53,420 bases of DNA. Origin: an uncultured Desulfohalobiaceae bacterium. GTDB taxonomy: Bacteria > Desulfobacterota > Desulfovibrionia > Desulfovibrionales > Desulfothermaceae. The notes under the pieces were generated by a model. The model made no database searches. It had not been told where the DNA came from and saw only the letters and a list, made by a program, of their open reading frames with translations. This document shows, in pieces, positions 48,401 to 49,678 of the stretch. Location of the stretch: NCBI GenBank assembly GCA_913055815.1, contig CAJXKR010000001.1, forward strand, positions 1 through 53,420, written 5' to 3'. The position numbers and the translations under genes are program-made. Positions within the stretch are counted from its first letter, which is position 1. The number at the start of each line of letters is the position of its first letter.

Positions 48401-49440
48401 TGACTTTTGCAAATCAAAGCGATCTGCAGGGAAATCTGGATATTATTGCCCAGGGGGATGTGGATTTTGAAAATACCATGAATTTGAATAGCTTGAGCAT
48501 TAAGGGAGCGGATGTGATCAGATTCCAGGACCGCGTGGAGTATACCGGGCAGCTGGACTTGAATGCAGAGCATATCTACGGCAAGGATATGCTGGTATAC
48601 AAGGGGTCTTCCGAGGACCCAAAAGATAACGATGGCAAAACTCCAGAGGCTCCTGCCGAACCTGTTGATCCTTTTCCGGAGAATCCCTTTTATAACGCCT
48701 TGGACACCATTCATGCCTGGAACGGGGAGGTCCTGGAAAACAGATTCCAAACCACCATGGATATCGCGAAATCGCAGGGTGTGTTTTTGGGCAGCGAATA
48801 TGTCTCCGAGGCAAGCTTCCTCAGCGGTCTACGTGCCGAGCAGTCCCAGGAGTTTCAGTCCGGGGAGGACAATCTATATGCGGAATTTCTCGGAGTACAA
48901 GAAAGATACTTCACCCTTGCAGGCGAAGGGCAAGAGGGACCGGGCAGCGCATATACCCTTGGGGATGGACTGCAAGGTTCCAAGGATTTGCAATTGGGCC
49001 AACTTTCCCTTGGGGTGTTTGACAGTGGATTCGGCCAGTCCAGTTACTATGCCGAGGATATATATGCCGGGGAGGGTCCTTTCCAGTTGTTCGGATCCGG
49101 GATGTTCAGTGAACCCGGAATAATGGTAGAGGCTAGGGCCGAACCCCGGGAGATGCCCTTCAAGGCGGTAGAGATACCCGGTCTGGAAGCCCGGGAACTG
49201 AAGTTCTCCGAGGGAGAGCGCATCTCCTTGTCCTGGTCCGGAGTCAGCAGTGCTGACAAATACAAAGTGTTGATTATGCGCGACAACGTGGTGGTGGCTA
49301 CCAAGTGGGTTGAAAAGGGAACAAAATGTAACCTGGATCAGGACTTGATTCCGGGCAGTTATCAGTGGCAGGTGCAGGGCTGGAATATGAACTCCGGCAT
49401 AGCGGTGAAATCCCAAACAGGCGAGCTTATTGTCCAGTAG
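21484..49440 (+). CDS. giant (9,318 aa) LEPR-XLL-type mosaic beta-helical adhesin-like protein
   Basis: Single ORF of 27,957 nt with no stop; GGGGGAG before the ATG. Contains an N-terminal LEPLEPRLLLSGD motif, RTX-like nonapeptides, hundreds of degenerate beta-strand repeats, and lectin-type domains (see sub-features). All long antisense ORFs inside it are low-complexity shadows. Confidence 0.9.
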   Translation: MSKDNLINQFILEPLEPRLLLSGDPVSGALQAISPDQGEGQIDKAIEEVLQEEDRKKSTSSRGDVSRQTVYRDLAGFRQQQDRNSGPGLQSRMRDLDISDQAQGDQGIKNLFTPQEIDVLDRGKLEELDLNAFIPQLRDMSIKSPQSPDQMHGEELKPDEFSGEAELQGRLSSDLRVLDSGKLSGTGKINGNLDNQGVVSPGHSPGTVKTQSFTQGEKGDLEIEIAGTDPEQYDQIQVSDSARLGGDLNVSLLEGFQPSPGDTFDIMTYDQVEGNFDQVSGMFGFGQGDRYFDLNKGPESLQLKVRDMPGDLSLNWDQQSGDKSGHSLWDMDLGTYQDMFDQDLKSGKLDLSSSSRGMTYLAGDNGQVRIGSGDYSVSSDGPEFSSGPVLKAMNFQSLSGGSGADRMVLSGDSGKHADIRGGAGTDELQVLGGDSTWDITGKGSGSVGDVRFGQIENLTGGADNRDTFVVHPGGNLQGTITAGEAGWDTLKVLGNYQQRTYESNGPQSGRVVLDGNSLNYRGLEHNTNDSNSKNLHIELNNKKNTALFKPGNDKGFVLEPVNGSFSKHSHDIPENSLTISMQGGDDTLNVQKFTDFAADLKADGGKGSDTVNFKNNLFTHGNDLSVDAENITVEQGVTLSTRDISSKEVQDHKTGVEKGPSGDIAFSAGIKNNTDKKLSTDINIKQNVQILTQTTPHYFDPGKLQDGRIELKGKDNFSNNEPVIYDSGTAKDLEYNLNGKSHPLMSDRGLLSGDPYRIKKDNSAWALANSKSAGKLNIQADEQASRKFKASDVDGNKIDFKNPHELGTGDPLIFSVPGSAGNTTNLAKDEAYYAVVVSSKSIQLSKSKPDALAGKNIVDLQAGSSDTQYELSRAQSLSYRAGSVKMSSQTKVTDLTQVLPENYQEKHSSVTVGKKALIKAGNINLNSMAKDTNPIKQLKQTSKFEQIYNDMIPKEFYDHIKDFLSLPVGVFARKSTAATEIQSDSKLIASGDVDLSSKSIAEVKAKASGKNLSIGVGLSESTANVDISQGTTIRAEDNATILSKSDSHVSAEAATEQDKDPDSNFQSKYGISGGFAYNQVSSNSTLAEGTSVWAGRKANVMSKGNKSTKNKAKGGNYKDGKSDLGIAVSWTDADVESQVHGDITSEAEKYNSNTLPAFKPEQAINEQKDTINLGYNHGISTGHPITYSNGHMAVTLKEASVGEQKFGFKHEHSISLEGTGARLENGKTYHAIAKDPYSIRLAETRKKALGGDHLDITGPGGIYEVDLKKENVNVQDNMIHKKAHGLVDGQPVQVELDQGNYSDVGIEKGKTYYVGTSFDVQKGQATAGYDDLLLCETPEDANAEKGIDLSKAFSGTIKALQNFHTGLTPGVGVSSSLDSEDKVSSSAGIKGAAKGQSKVDLSGQDVGSQIQSGVDKLSTYSEDTSNVETKTGGDLGAAAAISLALGPEDSKVKNHAQSVVSGDISSSKVAEVTSQVKETYTVKAKGSAKKSTAGEKSGSSSALAGGIAVGSFSSQGQTTIKKGANLDASEATNVTSEVSYPWKTAPVELAKHLLGANGNLEGKKPKKIMHFLDGTLGIKSNLFNSWTTSTASSDDAISGTFTYLNFDNRAKTTLEPGVDINQDQARKGEENPQLVITSSEVLVQQFNMSGIFKFNLNKKGFKHLKNIFDPAPVKASGDAAGVSFLLMDMHNTSSTVINDNCNIYTSQESPFVVRAETRVLNFALAQSGSSGGNWGVGGSTLINNIQNSTQALIKPGATVNSGGIMLNAYDSTHQITWAGGIAAGGSKGIGASVGVNNISRETEARLGKKSGQEDAPKVRANAVKHVAAKSTGAVHAFSVAGSEQSKNSLKNTDQDFGIGASGAVSLNLMDTKTQAAIRGLSPLKQGGDTQGAGSESSGNMLVLSSDQTSMFALAGAVAFAFPTESKTSTGLAGAFSMNKLSGYTRSRVEDTELKNRKQIGVRSRIGGKIRSITAGGSGGMANSSKDAGSIAGAVSFNTVNHDVGSQVDNSHIDPSKNLLVTAWDRSDIYADAGGVALMADKGGGSSVSVGLSVQKNNIHTDTKARLTDSKVTGAQDVVLSSLDAAQIKGFSASGAGTVQKSGSGQYQDPETQMKSRESEVSTGVNKYENWHQDGFKRLDPTKQTPWHAGESDGQSSEGSTTTSLQASGSSTAVAAAGTVSKNDVKGDTNALISGSQGIDVQNMNIIARDDSLIKVDAGAGSLALNLKLQGEGSGNSLSVGFSLALNKVDNDVTAGVENPDKDIDIQESTFVDASSDSRIKNLSVAGSVAGGYNEDGDAVSISGVGATSKNTVHNTVRASLSAQNKGHAINSDRGISLSSRDNSKIQAKAMGAVLNSAISTSGSGDSFSIGETTALNNVTNTAKSFVRNLELKTTENAGKNIISSTGKDTRLAGGEIVHDQNQDRYYRYIGIDQDLKSSYGDIHFRYEMDLPKLMNVDDFSDTDQWRDITGEVTDKQGNEDVPGILSRATSGANIHVRAIGAQIGADFSSEDSLNISLGATVSKNKIDNDVQSFVKNAPSVDVKDSDVQIQANSAGKQLLSRDSSDLQFSALDLDIAAAYADKDGSAYQDEAQSTLKELENLLGIADQDKIFSKKSKLTTKGKYWKYTKHDGKQKVHQGDRVLAGDQLFKYTGDSQKLDLGEQEYLQSDNWTSVQVEKNQTWSLLTPDGDAYSLQTTGDTNDKLKFEVFDKNINSVSAAASLSASLSGDSGISVSGAGAVAINSIRGKTSASIRDSEITNAQDVQLSAENSSGIASTVVALSGSVSVGDSGAGVSLGSAVARNFIGYSATGDKDSREVQAYIDSSSVQADGSLNPRAIAGQKISTVVISGSVAVTAGEGDALGASGSGVWAQNRIAVDTKAYVHQGGNSNIEVSKASLEAADKSSVFAHAGSASIAASFTGGDSADLSLGVSLARNRIDNDVRADVKGAEQKFKTTSGDISIKAENSARIKSIAWAASLAAGFSGGDSLSVSGAGAQAENVINSGTKAYTEDSKLDSSKNLDLTANDASSIDAFILGASLAVSGSGGSAAGLSIGVSLARNRIGWEEEDVDADYTTKDNPEKIKNGDKVKIAQGVRKGDVYKYIAQDNLTRPDKKGASGWLSNMDYANKEAWELVNRKASESTVKAYARDTTLQARDEVKIEAKSNSQIDAHVYAFSGAISVAGSAGVALSGSGANAVNRISTDVQAGVKGDGKQDTREVRANDLTVRAVDKSRIHAHLGTASLGVAMGGDLGISASIGVSLAHNAISNSAIASIGNAEIHVTDLDMKARDKSEIYAHSWAAAAAVGGGGIAGVGAAGAGAHAQNSINNQTKAYIANNSQIQAEEVGIRAENTATIKSKTWSWAAGVGIGGVGGVGAAVGGAKAENFIGHTGDSKVLAYAKDSTFKPSKKLEIRAQNESTIDARVSSGSVALGGGGLLGGAISASGTHTKNITATEVRAYSKNSSIVETYSFFSQDPSQEHYVSSHDKKVKVMPGKTLVQDGHSDNNAVYRYTGKKKREISLSQVDYTQSDQWKQYKDLEIKVKSQDESTIKAHTQAISVAESIGTVGGSVSVSVALAKNEVKNDVQAYVDDNAKIDAGGLVVQASENAKVDSSSLVFSSAGSASLGFALSGAGGSTKAVVDTTTKAYIKDSPSIDLANDLNVYAQTKVDVDAEVDGQSQALSAIGVAGEGSKVKVELNPVTEAYVDNSRIKSADDVRIEADQASVSATATAKGFSVGTGAAVGVSEATVQKNKSSQVIARAGEDVRIDKASLLSVQALGESTLRAESVAGSGALGYSAAGAQSKTRENTRVRAVIGKNARIGTKDQGNVQSLNIVSNYHQDVDSRADAISVAGAKSGAGAVAENTILSSSRVNIGKNARVTVQDDAVIHADNKLTKNKYDLNINSGAAAAESLSSLSSVTHIGKQDERFLAKVEVQDGAKLLIKGSLQDKGIFHVRARTHVDAQDKVKLKAAGGLDVALAKSEIKAYTGSEVELNAATLKNKTGDLYITTRTYSQTSPDVSVKMVDLIGGAGAQARGVVDANNHIKADDAYIQANTVYMRAGQNTKGVTNNLGGDSRSTIKTAGLFNIDDPKAHLSINEDNQIYLKDGTKVYSLGNVFLSAREGMGGDKRGNVSTHMINIGIPPYGGSGDGDKDVSSTNKVNAGDNVKVQAGVHSNLKLHVKKLPSDKDFGDTVQVDSGITYEYAKPEYTLGSTDTDNDQKMFKDLKKNLAIYKPQHMPTAELQSVNVANMLLKRYENLQKWITNHASDTQAVARYQSEKKEVKKALEKLGLTEELSKDGKTHKMVNKQYDRIMLKLPDSYAAPGSVFVNASSTGKSKVENWTGQNILQGSSGAEINIANQSPFSMLVENAVIHDTNVRFPAGNTSKAFKPGHVFFNKKSVSGSDAQKDNKINITQDTGDAETYLGKSWSNLSDEQKNRFESSGKHLYLRGTVYNHVGDVEVTNQDGSINVTGKLKGKNVNVKANGNFDLNTSGLEQLADPRQVYKSAIDKLQGEVDKDSTKYKDKLSSNDQDESQIHARGHVDINAKAININGSIKSGVSDMVVNIKESFSPDQNVRIRPQGKNNETIKQLENMSQPQASVPGIDYSSESGFPTPITGFFDANKEQIVINELQPTAGRVTLAGEIINTGQGNIQVAQGTPHVEINNQSEYDLTLRGIDTRSTSRGKIVLKDTKTLQKDEYIFQQNAKGKQEIVHNHYKGTETTNDQGNPTIDYEKQKTEKKTDSDANFKYKPQEGRYYHWVSGQEVTKVTKKTYKDNSILGIDALVKNGTLVNKSTHPDDPRPLLESQSVVNENNEDAAFKVYHFQKRNTAVELKKNITQVREVDSNKIYSYQGKDGAKKTLSKIDYANSSNWKQANLTGQEKKNWSADPGNNKYKSTYNNKTVTHHKWTTHHGFLDLEKTVHLRETITAGYKEYYHNWIKADNEITIEPRHIANDPGIFVNTRNDLHINGDIHVSSNSPDKPIHLTSNNGSIKTTSGAGIYGKSPEVTAGEKVDLLVEGEQGALNVQADQDVKLKAVGSTSSSSRSRASLVLKKVHSEHGDVHIAAQEGIGGHSESSGAHVKGDLIQLDAREGGIQAKGSGDDYLRVNSDVSGNGGVAAWATNNVYIQQTQGDLKIADPQAWEIGDTGNSQQAGAAVISTGHQVHLKASSGSILDAVYEKGRSNNQDPYLSPGLMQHLYPHSPEMSQKFSGSDSSERLNVSGSALNLNANADSGTLGAFSDVLTIDMANLKDFQDLSGTKQQALANAAQSDIIGVNYPIYQYQGNKRKIDLADVEVKNGALVKNVHGNNNTVYRYTGQQTKNVDLDQVDYAQSSEWQKSNKDFSSQDPSKGHYFSSYVNKQRFDNEADLWKKREIAHSTHTSRKQEQKVDLDKHDWVEVRYSKSIYGLYEYLGQGKQDVDLSEQEFTDAALWKKHSTADADFHSSAGGTIKLQENDYVSNRFKVQRITLQNIQDLNIKATSQVSAGGQKVALKAKGDLDVDSIESAGDVQILSSGDLLLQKQGQVRSSAQHSDIDLEAGGKLRIKSTSEVEAAKKYSSVQLVSQNQMLVQGSVTAHQGMDLEMGTGNKELAQYLDKNMDKYLTNHDQGKFGFLLQGGTLETQSGNADINIRSKDALILQGDIDIKQDRSDLTLESREWTYWQGNTQVGGDIELYGGTKKQGLEIVDENGANTDGVSVYLARESELITSNPDSRIDVHASKKAIIKGDLIAGGSLGNKGVSFAGPGSSVQVKSINGRISMHNAELAASQNVQVYGGKQDAVSVYMDDDSMLNSGGKSNDSGTSRVKVDARGDVQILGTIVSGGVVHSGDYPWSPQDVQWTQKPSESEIVLDSRGQVHLGGKAKTEQGGEVTVGADLMAYSKVDIQGGKSSDGMGFRMPAKANVYSHDKNISIDSKNDAQQVLIEGKLHSAGDMSISSKGDVTILGKGQLDAQGKVTLNAGGDLEIKADAPGAQTWHVRKPNNTTQGKQVHVPGNTNKTKSGTKKVNKTHWEPTVVERKTGSADVQVGTKHYRLEDVALNQTGYYNGEKIRDYFVEGEDYHNEQITNWGDANKPQNNNITFERLTVKQRRAVLKHLGYQPLYDLAKYTPHVITKTYGQTTHKEKNPWKGNEKKIYHMTDAENLKNTYVRMPKGAQKCFNTSAQSDTKYLHGDKKLDGELNLDKKQWSLSPDAQGKVKLYKETGHKGKEYKFSPGKYPILKGLDNKFSSLKVPDDMWITAWSEENFHGIKTHWTSAASSLDSDDISSIKVWSKVDKSAWIEKKNKANGELVARYQDTAKVKYHQDRSRFQSGGKIVGYEPYPNPGEPEYPSKIKRHAYEPGPGRWKIELDSQGKRKFNLAEKGGEVSLDKKPEWAKDMSHKPTPKNYKPQQNDTHIKDNPKHVPDFFGTGRNVYVPQGYLKDTARVTGEVEKDGNEPTVGWKYTEYHERAYDKIEDSVSYSKASKHARSKSDSNRDAFLAMPRTETQFNEVRMRVGDGHGDRAWIGIVQLDDGSWAYDTTPWHNITDWSNFSEIPWKEGEPSGSGDGGRVNTYREGWNDEQRTNTHWYIVQYEPWWEKSKPLSEQFKDYTYDWTSRSEDIHVERNQLNYNWVKSASEKITRKESIDHRKSTQVKTTNGEQVTQQKHQQQYDTDTKLVSKRSTSQEKGNFARFHGDSIDGADVDIDVSGKADISGNIVADKKDKGEGTLSIQSGKELSVEWQKPKHSDTDHPARIFLKGGESLELHAGTQLDLEDNVKLGLKGKNDTAPGDKVEFRADGDITQNADVTASEKITVHAGHDVDLKGRMEVKAQDGHIDVHAGDGGSGSEQDGSIRGNKHTHLLAKGEQGEISLAAGKSAGHIDLRGSYINAQKQVGLKAQGGKVEFSGMGKLDTSTLYGRAKQGFSVVHTHKESSKTVSNAHVEKLNVELSGKGNIVLSNDRKLTLQKVVAAHGDIDISSLGKMEANNVRTQGSGERNDIRLLTHDKNKEDQDSSKLTLGTIQAGGQGDIDLKIRGSIQQSSSGTLSADELKVDTYGKLDLATDVHTLGLITHGKGDVTLSQKGADLAHKDLELENVQVQNGGLTLNTAARVELEDVSLSTNNNDNDIEVMAAGDILVHKLTAGSYKKGSSSDKNRTSHGDIHLHSKQGKIAEEFIDPAVDLVADSLELEAQNRITGLELAVNKLAKAKTQTGDIRLKDKDGAGEVRKGLRVLSAHAPSGDVSIESDNFLEIGAEDWSGKNSKEQYGSQKKYYAYKDKAYSPSSEYDSTAVQGDTISLSSASGNINVIKPSGGDRALQYQSGLSLKAGGILDMDTFYNKASELLEYKAEHLDFKIDKDISADRVILNTDSVLKLHSTLTAKELLDISGSKVIVSGHVKAADDAPDNKIQKVDITAQGDKNSPSLKGYYQLQNISGKTLKDSSPDSIPGKLKGTKGASVNFKGQDGYVDLGASDKLKPTDALTIETKVNPEDWSLSKGTQTILSNTQNGGYDLQLHDNRIEFRVKVGDKYQVAKTSKDFTQGLNGWHQIAASFNQRSLKLYVDGGVKDTVALQGSANKISYTHKGNSTLIGAEAGPGADADGHFFNGRISDVRIWDKARAPNNLKLYEKEVNIDLDNNGDTQGVVRTNYFNKAKGDVILDIDGLQASDFELRAEQDIKLNLQQDLALQGFIGGLSGFEPARNLGINTNGDLTVPGGIVEAEDQILLDANKIDTHAGAVFISEDLDVEARGDLDLHTLVNDLWANSTSGGKITIHEGTDIRLRNIVNQKGGIQAHVGEKMQVKANDSVSAKNGDIDLYAVKQGDVNKDVIDAHNGQVTISKEAKHTLPANNQVDHDYVLTAPDYSGDLTLKATAGDSDPSLSVVRLPSLQSSKIDLEADDNLNVLPKLDVGRGPTGGTINLKSGGGISLGQVVRANALHVTDNGKGENVHLKTKVDKLTASMGKNSDLSIHDPSSGIGIKYKKYEQDLSKLYKKSIDFSKISLTRGDRYTLELGDDKFTNKFSNEAFIREIAGSLSHSDTVDDTYVQGKVLSLFAKSKQDVEFGPHMYEKTLDFDKITLTAGREYALKLGNHDYKHKYNSNQSKSEFLSKLAEQVSDSKIVNKAKVKTNNKLYFSAYSDHSISLAEIPKEVGSAKYHLSKDFGDQKMTKGKEYAFWIDNSKFTEKVPDLSFLSQQEAKAKFLKGLKKDINDKNVIGNKFDIELSGQDNNNFHISTDASSFKVKFGLNNTTLNPEKWQSECTKTIDFKDISLVQGKKYIFNLKDNKFTEKFGSEESKSEFVTKLSNSLKNSDKVDIKKINTSGSKLELTTDNNYSSKLSEASMDLGTTSKTSLSKLGKVDTPMYKGKVDLGKSTPVADHEYKIDMPGDKNSPYKYQASRGEDLATIAKKLTNKMRSESGNKYQATWLGKSLKIYAKSSKINYTVPDKVELSDDVHVKSLEMNGGDLTITAKGDVDIGSVKGDVGDINIISNQGDININSLPNSQAVTLKAPEGKITGSIEADTLNLTANGKVDITEADGMTLSHLEQKHTSSPVKIKVDKGTLKVGSDVSAGPKLALMANDLDIAGQLRRAGSTFHVQPPDSKGKIVLGENSSAGNNAFHLNKKELSGLHTGADHLVVGSDQGSHEIHIGDSDDGSSKTNFNHGLTLKNPKQGGEIYIHGTVTGGSGSSLAVHGSGSTTNLDNSEIEISGNQEYNDSLQVSGESSIHSHGSIQLGGKAEHNLNGDSQKGEDKLSLRAGQDEDIVINTRVGDQDPLEDLTIHQARDIIFKSGVSLDGGLHIEQARNVTFRDGVTAHGDVHIQASGEVLFEDEMKIKNNARLHVEGAEKIRLGDDVHAQGNVNLLADQESGQVVVKGDLTGEGEIEVQGAGNTTHLVNNNLSLSGNQKYHDALQVTGDVIITADDHLELGKDPQHSINGDSKTGADTLIINNHHGEHLVVNSAIGKTDPLEGMTVQESQDIDFNNILNIDGDLRIEQAEDVTFANQSDLQGNLDIIAQGDVDFENTMNLNSLSIKGADVIRFQDRVEYTGQLDLNAEHIYGKDMLVYKGSSEDPKDNDGKTPEAPAEPVDPFPENPFYNALDTIHAWNGEVLENRFQTTMDIAKSQGVFLGSEYVSEASFLSGLRAEQSQEFQSGEDNLYAEFLGVQERYFTLAGEGQEGPGSAYTLGDGLQGSKDLQLGQLSLGVFDSGFGQSSYYAEDIYAGEGPFQLFGSGMFSEPGIMVEARAEPREMPFKAVEIPGLEARELKFSEGERISLSWSGVSSADKYKVLIMRDNVVVATKWVEKGTKCNLDQDLIPGSYQWQVQGWNMNSGIAVKSQTGELIVQ
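21517..21555 (+). other. LEPR-XLL-type N-terminal motif of the giant protein
   Basis: LEPLEPRLLLSGD at residues 12-24. The preceding residues MSKDNLINQFI have no hydrophobic signal-peptide core. Confidence 0.7.
22681..23319 (+). other. dispersed RTX-like Ca-binding nonapeptides near the N-terminus
   Basis: GGSGADRMV (22681-707), GGAGTDELQ (22744-70) and GGKGSDTVN (23293-319) fit GGxGxDxUx. GGADNRDTF and GGDDTLNV are partial matches. They are dispersed, not a tandem RTX block. Confidence 0.55.
23570..25565 (+). repeat. four copies of a ~70-100-aa module (h-G-x-x-T/D-G-x-P-h-x-h ... G-K-T-Y-Y/H-h ... LA/LS ... A-x-G-x-x-h-D-h)
   Basis: NNEPVIYDSG...; PHELGTGDPLIFSVPG...DEAYYAVVVSSKSIQLSKSKPDALAGKNIVDL; NHGISTGHPITYSNG...NGKTYHAIAKDPYSIRLAETRKKALGGDHLDI; AHGLVDGQPVQVELD...KGKTYYVGTS... 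Confidence 0.5.
26690..33110 (+). repeat. long run of degenerate beta-helix-type repeats ending in G-[AS]-[SG]-h-[AS]-x-N-x-h-x-N/T-x-h-x-A
   Basis: About 20 occurrences, e.g. SLGVSLARNRIDNDVRADV, SVGFSLALNKVDNDVTAGV, SLGATVSKNKIDNDVQSFV, SVSVALAKNEVKNDVQAYV, SIGVSLAHNAISNSAIASI, GAGAHAQNSINNQTKAYI, GAGAVAENTILSSSRVNI. Confidence 0.7.
40065..40295 (+). other. beta/gamma-crystallin-like domain (two Greek-key motifs)
   Basis: KLYKETGHKGKEYKFSPGKYPILKGLDNKFSSLKV + ITAWSEENFHGIKTHWTSAASSLDSDDISSIKVW. The second half has W-x4-F-x-G, and both halves have the ...SS[LI]KV signature. Confidence 0.6.
40850..41200 (+). other. C-type-lectin-like domain (Cys-poor bacterial variant)
   Basis: AFLAMPRTETQFNEV...RAWIGIVQLDDGSWAYDTTPW...WKEGEPSGSGDGG...EGWNDEQRTNTHWYIVQYE. 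WIG, GEPS and WND-type motifs occur in the canonical order; the canonical cysteines are absent. Confidence 0.5.
43745..44270 (+). other. LamG / concanavalin-A-like lectin domain
   Basis: GASVNFKGQDGYVDLGASDKLKPTDALTIETKVNPEDW...GGYDLQLHDNRIEFRV...WHQIAASFNQRSLKLYVDG...FFNGRISDVRIWDKAR: classic Laminin_G_3-type pattern. Confidence 0.75.
45352..46716 (+). repeat. five tandem ~80-100-aa Lys/Asn/Ser-rich repeats
   Basis: Units begin at about 45352, 45604, 45872, 46186 and 46490. Shared pattern: [ILV]DF.KI.L..G..Y.[LF].L.D.KFT.KF.....KSEF..KL...L..S..V. Examples: SIDFSKISLTRGDRYTLELGDDKFTNKF; TLDFDKITLTAGREYALKLGNHDYKHKY; TIDFKDISLVQGKKYIFNLKDNKFTEKF. The DNA here is visibly more A/T-rich than the flanks. 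Confidence 0.75.
47479..48600 (+). repeat. tandem duplication of a ~190-aa beta-helical unit near the C-terminus
   Basis: VHGSGSTTNLDNSEIEISGNQEYNDSLQVSG...LNGDSQKGEDKLSLRAG...VGDQDPLEDLTIHQARDIIFKSGVSLDGGLHIEQARNVTF aligns with VQGAGNTTHLVNNNLSLSGNQKYHDALQVTG...INGDSKTGADTLIINNH...IGKTDPLEGMTVQESQDIDFNNILNIDGDLRIEQAEDVTF. Confidence 0.75.
49160..49437 (+). other. C-terminal Ig/Fn3-like beta-sandwich domain (last ~90 aa)
   Basis: KAVEIPGLEARELKFSEGERISLSWSGVSSADKYKVLIMRDNVVVATKWVEKGTKCNLDQDLIPGSYQWQVQGWN...: alternating beta pattern with the typical W...Y.V...Y.W.V spacing. It follows a Pro/Glu linker (TPEAPAEPVDPFPENP) and a Gly/Ser/Phe-rich segment. Confidence 0.45.
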
Positions 49441-49484
49441 ATTGTCGGCAGGGTAGTTATCTGTTATCAGGGACCAGGTCATTA

Positions 49485-49532
49485 GTTGTTTAGTGGTTAT
49501 GTGTTTACGTGATTACGTGATTAAGTGGTTGG
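49485..49532 (+). repeat. tandem array of six 8-nt units GTGNTTAN
   Basis: gttgttta gtggttat gtgtttac gtgattac gtgattaa gtggttgg, starting 45 nt after the giant-gene stop. Confidence 0.85.
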
Positions 49533-49610
49533 CCAGCACCCTTTGCAGGGAGAGTGCGCAGGGCTGGGCGCGATTAATGCCCAATCGCCCATAGCCTATA
49601 GCCCATAGGC

Positions 49611-49667
49611 TCGAACATCGAACATCGAACGAAGAACGAGGGACAAGGAACGAAAAAACGAAAAACG
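49611..49667 (+). repeat. degenerate purine-rich heptamer array (ARRAACG) abutting the sapC Shine-Dalgarno
   Basis: tcgaaca tcgaaca tcgaacg aagaacg agggaca aggaacg aaaaaacg aaaaacg, followed immediately by AGGAGG-taatc-ATG (49679). Confidence 0.7.
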
Positions 49668-49678
49668 AGGAGGTAATC

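Noticed and set aside
46740-49440. Canonical C-terminal RTX block / T1SS signal in the giant protein
   Set aside because: I read the last ~900 residues for GGxGxDxUx nonapeptides and found none. Only N-proximal dispersed copies exist (22681..23319).
21591-49482. Dozens of 60-420-aa antisense or off-frame ORFs inside the giant gene (e.g. 47488..48750-, 39316..40410-, 42523..43374-, 38125..38793-, 35197..35877-)
   Set aside because: Their translations are low-complexity and Pro/Ser/Leu/Cys-rich with no SD. They sit entirely within a long, coherent + strand frame, so they are shadow ORFs expected by chance opposite a 28-kb repeat-rich gene.
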